DNA from: Bdellovibrionota bacterium FG-1
GTDB lineage: Bacteria > Bdellovibrionota > UBA1018
Direction: 5' to 3'
Length of the DNA stretch: 12,291 bases
NCBI GenBank assembly: GCA_051382295.1
Contig: JBBCAW010000103.1
Span: forward strand, 1 to 12,291
The position numbers were made by a program, and so were the translations under genes. Shown in pieces: positions 1-7,559 of the stretch; within the stretch, counting starts at the first letter, position 1, and each line of letters begins with the position of its first letter. The notes beneath the pieces are model-generated. The model was not told the DNA's origin and made no database searches. It saw nothing but the letters and a program-made list of their open reading frames with translations.

Positions 1-127
1 ACTGATTTCACGAATGGCTTTTGAAAAATAACCGGTCACGAGTTTCGTGATTTTTTCGACGAGGTCTTGGGAGCCGTCTTTGGCGTCATCCGGTGTATTT
101 CCGCCGGAGCCCGCGCCTGCTTTTTTA
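1..127. repeat. Exact 127-bp direct repeat, copy 1 (identical to 500-626)
   Basis: Base-by-base identity from actgatttcacg to cctgctttttta at an offset of 499 bp. First mismatch is 128 g vs 627 c. Confidence 0.97.
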
Positions 128-411
128 GGGGGCAAACCCGGGCTCCCTGGATTTGAAGAAGGCTGCGGCTGGGGGAGTTTGAGCAGCGCGGGCGAGTAAA
201 TCGTGCTGATGTCGCGACCCAAAATATCCATGGCCATTCGGACACTGTTATAGAACTCGCCTTCGGCCGAAAGTACATCGCGGAGGTGATAGGTCTCGAC
301 CGTAAGCTGGTAGATCCCTAGGCTGATAAAGGTGAGGATGACCACTGAGATCATCAACTCAATGAGGGTAAACCCCCGCGCATTGCGTACAATCGTTGGT
401 TTCCTATTCAT
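1..411 (-). CDS. gspJ: T2SS minor pseudopilin, GspJ-like (3'-partial; last 42 codons are a copy of gspI sequence)
   Basis: Not in the ORF track because no stop lies inside the window. Manual translation from ATG at 411 (8-nt overlap with the gspI end) gives MNRKPTIVRNARG|FTLIELMISVVILTFISLGIYQL..., a class III signal peptide with G|F and E5. The frame is open to base 1. Its position after gspG-H-I supports J. Confidence 0.8.
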   Translation of the reverse strand, partial: MNRKPTIVRNARGFTLIELMISVVILTFISLGIYQLTVETYHLRDVLSAEGEFYNSVRMAMDILGRDISTIYSPALLKLPQPQPSSNPGSPGLPPKKAGAGSGGNTPDDAKDGSQDLVEKITKLVTGYFSKAIREIS

Positions 412-967
412 TGACGTCAAACTCTTGGTTGAGATTGATCCAGTAGGTCGCTACCGTATAGTTCATTTCGCCCGAACCGCGTTTCCAAGAAATCGTCACA
501 CTGATTTCACGAATGGCTTTTGAAAAATAACCGGTCACGAGTTTCGTGATTTTTTCGACGAGGTCTTGGGAGCCGTCTTTGGCGTCATCCGGTGTATTTC
601 CGCCGGAGCCCGCGCCTGCTTTTTTACCGCCCCCCATGCCGAGGTTCGGAAATTTTATTTCTTTGACTGCCCTTTTCCAGTGAAAATTTTGATAGGGGGG
701 TTCAAACGCGCCTTGTTCTTCTTTGGTGATCTCATCAAAGGCTTTGCCTTCGACTTTGTATTCAAATTCCACCATTTGATTGCGGGCCAGCATGGAGACA
801 ATATTCATCTCTTTGGCGCGGGCCGTGGCATTGATACTATTGCTTTCGATCGACAAAATCGAGGCAAACGCGAGCACCATGATCGTGAGTGCGATGATCA
901 CTTCGAGAAGCGTAAAACCCGATTCCTCGCCTCTGAATAGGGTGTGGCGGCCCAGGCTACTTATCAC
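404..967 (-). CDS. gspI: T2SS minor pseudopilin, GspI-like
   Basis: GTG start 6 nt after AGGAGG. Prepilin motif ESG|FTLLEVIIALTIM. GspI-like C-terminal strands (FHWKRAV, IREISVTISW). Position between H and J. Confidence 0.8.
   Translation of the reverse strand: MISSLGRHTLFRGEESGFTLLEVIIALTIMVLAFASILSIESNSINATARAKEMNIVSMLARNQMVEFEYKVEGKAFDEITKEEQGAFEPPYQNFHWKRAVKEIKFPNLGMGGGKKAGAGSGGNTPDDAKDGSQDLVEKITKLVTGYFSKAIREISVTISWKRGSGEMNYTVATYWINLNQEFDVNE
500..626. repeat. Exact 127-bp direct repeat, copy 2 (native copy within gspI)
   Basis: Identical to 1-127; encodes GspI KKAGAGSGG...KAIREIS. Confidence 0.97.
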
Positions 968-1565
968 CGAAGGCCTCCTGGGAGTTGATATAGCGCTCGT
1001 AGAGTTCGGTTTTTCCGATCACGGGAGAGATGACGAGCGTCATATGGTGCTTGGATTCATCCTTGAGATGAATCAGGGTTTGCTCGATGATTCCATGCGG
1101 AAAAAAATGGGCATAGGCTAGGCCGTCGGTAATGGGCTCGAAACTTTGTTGGGTGATGACATCCTCGAAGGATACGCCGGTAGGCAAAGGATGTTTTTTG
1201 CGAGTGACGGTCTTATCCATTTGAAAAGGGGACTCTTCCTTTTTATCTGAATCCAGAGTCATCCTTTTTTTTCGTTCTTCTTTTTCTTTGCTTTCTTTGG
1301 TGTCTAAAAGCACGTTGGGCGGCCCCGATTCGACCCAATAGTTACCTTCCTTCAGGTCAAACACGAGTCGGTAGACTCGCCCCGTTGTGACCGTCGCATT
1401 GTAAGTTTCTTTGATCGTTCCCGCGATTTCCCGCGAGGTGGTATTGAGTGAAACCTGAAAATAGCTGCTGATGCCGGGAATCGCCATCGCTGAAAGAAGC
1501 GCGATGATAGCCACGACCACCATCATTTCGATCAGGGTGAATCCAGCATTCGCAGGTATTTTCAG
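957..1565 (-). CDS. gspH: T2SS minor pseudopilin, GspH-like; probable CTG start at 1565 (ORF track starts too late, at 1526)
   Basis: In-frame extension upstream of ATG 1526 reads (CTG)KIPANAG|FTLIEMMVVVAIIALLSAMAIP, a complete prepilin motif. C-terminal 'HFFPHG' resembles the GspH/FimT FxPxG motif. Lies directly after gspG. Confidence 0.8.
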   Translation of the reverse strand: MKIPANAGFTLIEMMVVVAIIALLSAMAIPGISSYFQVSLNTTSREIAGTIKETYNATVTTGRVYRLVFDLKEGNYWVESGPPNVLLDTKESKEKEERKKRMTLDSDKKEESPFQMDKTVTRKKHPLPTGVSFEDVITQQSFEPITDGLAYAHFFPHGIIEQTLIHLKDESKHHMTLVISPVIGKTELYERYINSQEAFGDK

Positions 1566-1570
1566 GCAAG

Positions 1571-1577
1571 CCTCCTC
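1571..1577 (-). promoter_or_regulatory. Shine-Dalgarno GAGGAGG for gspH
   Basis: Minus strand reads GAGGAGG-CTTGC-CTG, 5 nt before the in-frame CTG. Confidence 0.7.
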
Positions 1578-1588
1578 GGGGGATCTCT

Positions 1589-2029
1589 TTAAAGATCGTT
1601 AGAACTAATGTCCTTGTTGATGCCATCGCCGTCAGGTTTACCATCAGAGCCTAGCGACTTGATCTCATACTTCACTCCGTCGGAAGTATAAATGAAGTCA
1701 TGGTTCCAGCCATCTTGAGGGAGTTTTCCACCTTTGATAAAGCCGTCAGGATCGTAATTTTTGCAGTCTCCGGCGTTTTCTTTTTTGATCAGGGCATCCA
1801 ATCCTTGTTCCATAGCGGGATAACGGCCACATACCCGCTTAAAGTCATCAAGGATCATTCCTAATTGGCGGATCTGATTTTTGGTGGTTTCGACGCGAGC
1901 TTCATCGAGTTTTTTCATGACGCTCATGCCGACTACCGTTCCTAAAAGTCCGATAATCGCCACTACGATCATCATTTCGATTAGGGTAAAGCCTTGGTTT
2001 GTTAGATGAAGTGCTTTTCGTGCTTTCAT
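1589..2029 (-). CDS. gspG: T2SS major pseudopilin GspG
   Basis: NQG|FTLIEMMIVVAIIGLL; GRYP-x-x-EQGLDAL; LPQDGWN (DPWG-like); C-terminal SLGSDGKPDGDGINKDI Ca2+-loop-like motif; RBS AGAGGAG upstream. Confidence 0.95.
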   Translation of the reverse strand: MKARKALHLTNQGFTLIEMMIVVAIIGLLGTVVGMSVMKKLDEARVETTKNQIRQLGMILDDFKRVCGRYPAMEQGLDALIKKENAGDCKNYDPDGFIKGGKLPQDGWNHDFIYTSDGVKYEIKSLGSDGKPDGDGINKDISSNDL

Positions 2030-2057
2030 GGTGTTTCTCCTCTTGTTTAAGTTTGGG

Positions 2058-3281
2058 TTAATGTTTACTAATGTCGCTCATATCCATTAAGGGCATAAAG
2101 ACCGCCATCACGATGACCCCAATTGCTAAGCCCATGGCGACGATCATGAGGGGTTCGAGCAGCGAAGTCATGGCTTCGACCTGGGTGTTGACCTGTTCCT
2201 CGTACGTTTCGGCCACATTTTTAAGCATCTCGGGCAGCTCGCCTGTTTTTTCGCCGATCGAGATCATATGGATCATCATCGGCGGAAATTCTCCACTGCG
2301 TTTCAGGGGTTCGGCGATGGATTGGCCCTCGGTGATGTTTTCGCGCGCGTTGGCGATGGCGTTGGCGATGGGTGCGTTGTCGACCAAGTTTTTGGCGATG
2401 TTCATGGCGGTCAGAATCGGTACGCCGCTGCCGAGGAGGGTGGCCATCGTGTTGGCAAAGCGGGTGATGGCAATCATTCGGATCAGGGGGCCGACGACCG
2501 GGGCTTTTAAAGTAAAGGCATCCCATTTTGGGCGACCCTTGGGGGAGTTCGTGTAGGATCGAAAGACCCAAACAATGGCAAGCCCTAGACCTATAAAGAC
2601 ATACCACCCACTGACAAAAATATTACTAATCCAGATCAAGGCCGCAGTGAGGGGCGGCATCGATTTGTTCATGCCTTCAAAGATTTTTGAAATTTTTGGA
2701 ATGACGAAAGTAAAAATTCCGAGCATGAGCAAGCTCGAAACAATCATCATGAGCACTGGATAGGTGCTGGCACTGACGATTTTACTCCGAAGACGCATTT
2801 GCGCTTCTTTGAGATCGGCCAGGCGCAAAAGCACCAAACCCAAGGCGCCGGAGCTTTCGCCGGCCTCGATCATATTGACCGAGATATTGTCAAAAATTTT
2901 GGGGTGCTTGGCGGTGGCCTTGCCGAGTGATAGGCCCTCGTTGACGTCCTGGCGTATTTGCGACAGCGTCACTTTCAGGCGATCGTTTTCGATTTGATCT
3001 ACCATCGCCGAAAGCGCTTCGACTAAAGGAATATTGGATTTAACCAGGCTGGCAAGTTGCCGGGTCATCATGGCGACTTCACGTCCTGAAACCCGGCCAC
3101 TAAAAAACGGAATTTGGGTGCCCGCTGACGGTTTGGAGGTGGATTTTTCACGAATATCCGAAACCATCAGGCCTTGTTTTTTAAGTCGCTGGCGCGCCGC
3201 TTTTTGATTCTCAGCTTCAACAACGCCTTTGGTCGCTTTGCCGTCGGCTGTAAAAGCTTTGTAATCGTAAATGGGCGCCAT
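2058..3281 (-). CDS. gspF: T2SS inner-membrane platform protein GspF
   Basis: 407 aa with two T2SSF domains (TRQLASLVKSNIPLVEAL...AGESSG; LATLLGSGVP-like MATLLGSGVPI...GEKTGEL) and three hydrophobic TM segments. Confidence 0.96.
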   Translation of the reverse strand: MAPIYDYKAFTADGKATKGVVEAENQKAARQRLKKQGLMVSDIREKSTSKPSAGTQIPFFSGRVSGREVAMMTRQLASLVKSNIPLVEALSAMVDQIENDRLKVTLSQIRQDVNEGLSLGKATAKHPKIFDNISVNMIEAGESSGALGLVLLRLADLKEAQMRLRSKIVSASTYPVLMMIVSSLLMLGIFTFVIPKISKIFEGMNKSMPPLTAALIWISNIFVSGWYVFIGLGLAIVWVFRSYTNSPKGRPKWDAFTLKAPVVGPLIRMIAITRFANTMATLLGSGVPILTAMNIAKNLVDNAPIANAIANARENITEGQSIAEPLKRSGEFPPMMIHMISIGEKTGELPEMLKNVAETYEEQVNTQVEAMTSLLEPLMIVAMGLAIGVIVMAVFMPLMDMSDISKH

Positions 3282-3293
3282 CGTTACCTTTCG

Positions 3294-5021
3294 TTATCCT
3301 TCAGCGTGCGTCGCACGGGTGAGTTCTTCGATGGTCGTGATGCCTTGAATCACTTTGGCCACGCAATCCTCACGCAAAGAAATCATACCATGGCTGACGG
3401 CCGTTCTTTTGAGTGTCGACGCGTCGGAGTTGCGCACAATGAGTGACCGAACTTCATCGTCTACGATGAGTAATTCGTGACCTACGGTTCGTCCCGAATA
3501 CCCCGACTGCGCGCAGCTGGGGCAGCCCACGGCTTTAAAGAGCGTGGCATCGGCCGGAAGTTGGGTCATCCCGAGTTCTTGCAGTTCAAAAGCCGAGGGG
3601 GTGTGAGGTTCGCGACATTTCATGCAAACTTTGCGAATGAGGCGTTGGGCGATAATACCCAAAACTGACGACGCCACTAAAAACGGTTCGACTCCCATAT
3701 CGATCAAGCGGGTAGGCGCACTCGCGGCATCATTGGTGTGAAGGGTAGAAAGCACGAGGTGACCGGTGAGCGAGGCATTGATGGCGATTTCGGCGGTTTC
3801 TTGATCGCGAATTTCGCCGACCATGATAATGTCGGGATTTTGACGAAGAAAAGCCCGAAGCGCTCGTGCAAAGGTGAGCTCGATTTTGGTATTCACTTGA
3901 ACCTGATTGATGCCAGGGATCTGATACTCGATCGGATCTTCTACCGTCATGATGTTGCGAGTCGGGCTGTTGAGTTTGGTCAAGCAGGCTGAAAGCGTGG
4001 TCGATTTACCGCTACCGGTGGGGCCGGTGACCAGGATGATGCCATATTTGCGAAAAATCAATTTTTCGATCGCCGCGCGGCTTTTGGTGTTGAAACCCAG
4101 GTGTTCGAGTTCCAAGACGGTATTGCCTTGTTCTAAAATACGCATGACGATGCGTTCGCCAAAATGAGTGGGCACGGTCGAAAGACGTAAATCGATGTCT
4201 TTGCCGGCGATTTTGATTTTGATTCGTCCGTCCTGCGGCATGCGTTTTTCGGCGATATCGAGGGTGCCCATGACTTTGATACGGGATGAAATGGCGGCGT
4301 GCGCTTTTTTGGGCTGCCGGATGATATCGTACAGCACGCCGTCCACTCGAAAGCGGACCACAAATTCTTTTTCAAACGGCTCGATATGAATATCAGAAGC
4401 TTTTTCTTTAACAGCCCTGAAAATCAACGAGTTCACAAACTTGATGACGGGGGCATCGTCTTCGGTGGCCTCTAAAATATCGATGGGGCCCTCGAGATCG
4501 TATTGTTCTTCAAAATCGCCTTCGATCTTATCGACGAGATTGGAGGTGTTGCGTTCGTAAACGCGATTGATCGCGTCTTGGATGCGCATCGCAGTGCTCA
4601 CCACAAACCGGAGTGGTAAACCGGTCAAGACATGCAGGTCATCGACGATCGCTTCGTTAAAAGGATCAGTGACCGCCACGACCAGGACTTCTCCTTTGGG
4701 GCCTTGCTCTTTGGCGATGGGCAGGACCTCCTTGGATTTGGCATAATTAATGGGGATCGCGCTCACGAGGGTGGGGTCAATGTCATTGGCCTTGAGATCA
4801 TCGACAAACGGCAAGCCAATCTGAATACAGAGGGCCCGCATGATTTCGTGCGGTAAAATCATGTTCCGGCGAATCAAAATTTCGCCGAGCAACCCACCTT
4901 CTTTTTCTTGAACCCGCAGGGCCTCTTCGAGCTGGTCGGCTTGAAGAGGGGTGTGCTTCAGCAAGATTTCGCCCAGTTTGGGTGCGGATTTAAAGGACTG
5001 AAGGGCGGCGTCTTGAGTCAT
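3294..5021 (-). CDS. gspE: T2SS secretion ATPase GspE with N-terminal MshEN-type domain
   Basis: ASDIHIEP, Walker A GPTGSGKST, Asp box TVEDPIE, Walker B RQNPDIIMVGEIRD, His box TGHLVLSTLH, Cys4 zinc site CMKC...CPSC. Start is either TTG 5024 or the adjacent ATG 5021. Confidence 0.97.
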   Translation of the reverse strand: MTQDAALQSFKSAPKLGEILLKHTPLQADQLEEALRVQEKEGGLLGEILIRRNMILPHEIMRALCIQIGLPFVDDLKANDIDPTLVSAIPINYAKSKEVLPIAKEQGPKGEVLVVAVTDPFNEAIVDDLHVLTGLPLRFVVSTAMRIQDAINRVYERNTSNLVDKIEGDFEEQYDLEGPIDILEATEDDAPVIKFVNSLIFRAVKEKASDIHIEPFEKEFVVRFRVDGVLYDIIRQPKKAHAAISSRIKVMGTLDIAEKRMPQDGRIKIKIAGKDIDLRLSTVPTHFGERIVMRILEQGNTVLELEHLGFNTKSRAAIEKLIFRKYGIILVTGPTGSGKSTTLSACLTKLNSPTRNIMTVEDPIEYQIPGINQVQVNTKIELTFARALRAFLRQNPDIIMVGEIRDQETAEIAINASLTGHLVLSTLHTNDAASAPTRLIDMGVEPFLVASSVLGIIAQRLIRKVCMKCREPHTPSAFELQELGMTQLPADATLFKAVGCPSCAQSGYSGRTVGHELLIVDDEVRSLIVRNSDASTLKRTAVSHGMISLREDCVAKVIQGITTIEELTRATHAEG

Positions 5022-5024
5022 CAA

Positions 5025-7559
5025 TCAGCCCCCCGCTCCGGTCATAGGGGGCGCTGGTGGCATGATGGGCGCCGTATTGCCGCCTGCGGGCTGGGCCGGG
5101 TTACTCGTTTCAGGTGTGACCTCGACCGCAGCTGGAGGCGCGTTTTCTTCGTCCAGCGAAACTGACGCCGTCGGTTTTTGGGCGCTCAGCGCCTTGATAT
5201 CCGGAAGACTGCGGATGATTTTATCCCGTGTGTCGCGCAAGGGGTCCTCGCCGCCAAAGTTCTTTTCCAGAAAGTCGTCCCGTTCTTTGAGTTTTTGATC
5301 CAAGATGGCTCTGACTTTCTCATAAGGACGCACAATGTGGGGGGTTAAAAAAACAAGCAGGTTCGTTTTTTCGATGCGGCTGTCTTGTGATCGAAACAGC
5401 CAACCTAAAACCGGAATATCTCCTAGGAGGGGGATTTTGGATTGGAGCTCGCTCACTTTATCTCGGATCAATCCACCGATAACTAGGGTGTCTCCATCGC
5501 CGATGACGACGGTGGTTTTGGCTGTGCGTTCCAAGGTTGACGGAACATTGAATCCGGCGACTTGTGCTACGTTTTTCGAGGTGACATCGCCGAGTTTGAC
5601 TTCAGCTTCGAGTTTGACAAAGTCCGAGATTTTGTTGATTTGGGGTTTGATTTTGATCGATAAAATGACATCTTCTTTTTGGACCGACGTCGAAGTGCCT
5701 GCTCCTTGAACCGCAGTGGTGACAGGGATCGGAATCCGGTCCTTCGATTCAAAGAGAGCGTCCGTATTATCCAGGGCGATAATTTGCGGCGTCGCCAAAA
5801 CGTTGGTTTTGGTCGTGGATTGGATGGCTTTGATCAGTCCTTGCACGCTTGAGGTCGCGATCTGGGTGCCGCCAGGACCTGGGACATTGACAGTTCCGCC
5901 GCCTTTAAAGCCCAGGATGGCGCCGGTCGCCGCTAAAGGGTTTTGGATAAAGCTCGCAAAATCTCCGTTGGGTACAAAACCAAGGCCTGACACCGGGCTC
6001 GCCACACTGGCTGAAAAACTGGTTCCGCGATCCACGCTGACCTCCATAACAATGGCTTCGACAAAAACCTGGTTACGGGGAATGTCCAAGCGGTAAATGA
6101 CTCTCTGGACGGTTTCGTAATCAGTGGGGGAGGCGGTGATCACGAGCGAGTTAGTTGCCTTGTCGGGCGAGACTTTAATGGATCCTTCAAAAAGCGAGGT
6201 ACCCACGGGATTGATTCCGGTACTGAGTCCTCCACCCATGGGTGAAATGGGCTTAAAGCCGCCTCCGGGAGGTTGTTGTGAAAAATTATTGAGCGTGTTG
6301 CCGATTTGCTCGGCGTCCGCAAACTGGAGGTACACGACATGGACTCGTCCATTTTTGTCGGAGTTGATCGGCTGTCTTTGATCCAGTTTGGCCACGAGCT
6401 CTCGTACTTGGTCCGCGCCGCGGGTGTTGGCGTGCACAATCAGCGTGTTGGTGCGGTCGTCCGAGATGATCGTATTGATGATACCACCTTCCTTGGTGCG
6501 GCGAGAGCTGAAGCGTCCTACTCCCATTCCGCCCATGCGGGGGGCGCCTGGGGAGTGTGGGGCTCCGGTGCCGGGGATGAGCTGGTCAATCAGTTTGGAG
6601 AGGTCCGTGGCTGAAGCAAATTTGACCGGAATGACTTCGATTCCGGCATCATAGCCTTCGACATCCAGCAGTTCGAGCATCTTGTTGAGTTTGGCGATGT
6701 TGGAGCCCGTATCCGTAACGATCACCGTGTTGGTTTGTTCGTAGGGAATGATACGCGAGTTGGCTGGCATAAAACTGCGAAAAGTACGCGCGACTTCTTC
6801 GGCGTTGATATATTTCAATGGAAAGACTCGGGTGATCAGCGCGTCCGTGTCGGGTGAAGAGTCGCCCGTATAAGTCCGGAGTTGCTTATCGCGGGCATCC
6901 CGTTGCCGTGCGATGCGGATATATTTACCCGAGGGAATCAACGCAAACGAGTTCATATCCAGAGCGGTTAAAAAGGCCTTCCAGGCATCACCCACCGTGA
7001 TGGGGCCATTGGAGATAATGGTGATGCGCCCTTTGACGTCCTTATCGATGATAAAGTTTTTGCCCGTGAGCTTGCCCAAGGTCTTGGCAATGTCCATGAT
7101 ATCGGCATCTGGATAGTTGAAGTCCGTGACGATCTCTTTGCTCCCTTCGCCGGTTTCATCATCGATATGGATGGAGGCGGGGGGATTGTGTTGAATGACG
7201 CCGCCCGCAGTGGTGCCGCCGCCCGAAATACCGCTGGTGGGATGGCTTGCTGCTGCGGTTCGGGAGCTGCTGGCTGCGTTCGAGGATGGAGGAGGGCTGC
7301 CGGGATCAGTTGGAAGTTGGTTTCCTGGAAAATCCGGTTCGTCTTCTTCGTCATCTTCGTAAAAAGAGCCATTTCCGGACCCTGGGGGCGGTGGAGGAGA
7401 ACCAGGAGGGGTGTTGGCAAAGGGATTGGTAAACGTCCGGGGACCGGGCTGAAAGCCCTTGCCGGCATCGGCGGCCTGCGCGATTTGCACGGTCAAGACA
7501 GCCCAGGCCAGGGCGCCCAGTAGAATCGCATAGTCCGATTTAGTGGATGTCGTAGACAT
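5025..7559 (-). CDS. gspD: T2SS secretin GspD
   Basis: Sec signal peptide (AQA-AD), N0 (FNYPDADIMDIAK...GKNFIIDKDVKGRITIIS), three N-repeat domains, and secretin core (QVFVEAIVMEV; NVLATPQI; KIPLLGDIPVLGWLFRS...KTNLLVFLTPHIV). Overlaps the gspC end by 20 nt. Confidence 0.97.
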   Translation of the reverse strand: MSTTSTKSDYAILLGALAWAVLTVQIAQAADAGKGFQPGPRTFTNPFANTPPGSPPPPPGSGNGSFYEDDEEDEPDFPGNQLPTDPGSPPPSSNAASSSRTAAASHPTSGISGGGTTAGGVIQHNPPASIHIDDETGEGSKEIVTDFNYPDADIMDIAKTLGKLTGKNFIIDKDVKGRITIISNGPITVGDAWKAFLTALDMNSFALIPSGKYIRIARQRDARDKQLRTYTGDSSPDTDALITRVFPLKYINAEEVARTFRSFMPANSRIIPYEQTNTVIVTDTGSNIAKLNKMLELLDVEGYDAGIEVIPVKFASATDLSKLIDQLIPGTGAPHSPGAPRMGGMGVGRFSSRRTKEGGIINTIISDDRTNTLIVHANTRGADQVRELVAKLDQRQPINSDKNGRVHVVYLQFADAEQIGNTLNNFSQQPPGGGFKPISPMGGGLSTGINPVGTSLFEGSIKVSPDKATNSLVITASPTDYETVQRVIYRLDIPRNQVFVEAIVMEVSVDRGTSFSASVASPVSGLGFVPNGDFASFIQNPLAATGAILGFKGGGTVNVPGPGGTQIATSSVQGLIKAIQSTTKTNVLATPQIIALDNTDALFESKDRIPIPVTTAVQGAGTSTSVQKEDVILSIKIKPQINKISDFVKLEAEVKLGDVTSKNVAQVAGFNVPSTLERTAKTTVVIGDGDTLVIGGLIRDKVSELQSKIPLLGDIPVLGWLFRSQDSRIEKTNLLVFLTPHIVRPYEKVRAILDQKLKERDDFLEKNFGGEDPLRDTRDKIIRSLPDIKALSAQKPTASVSLDEENAPPAAVEVTPETSNPAQPAGGNTAPIMPPAPPMTGAGG

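Noticed and set aside
36..278. 80-aa minus-strand ORF from the track
   Set aside because: Alternative frame overlapping the gspJ-like frame, which carries the prepilin motif; no recognisable features.
1357..1644. 95-aa minus-strand ORF bridging gspG and gspH (contains TTG 1569)
   Set aside because: Out of frame with both pseudopilins; the TTG is only 1 nt from the AGGAGG; no motif.
2071..7523. Many 60-165 aa plus-strand and alternative-frame ORFs across gspF/E/D
   Set aside because: Shadow ORFs expected opposite or within strongly coding genes; none has a recognisable motif.
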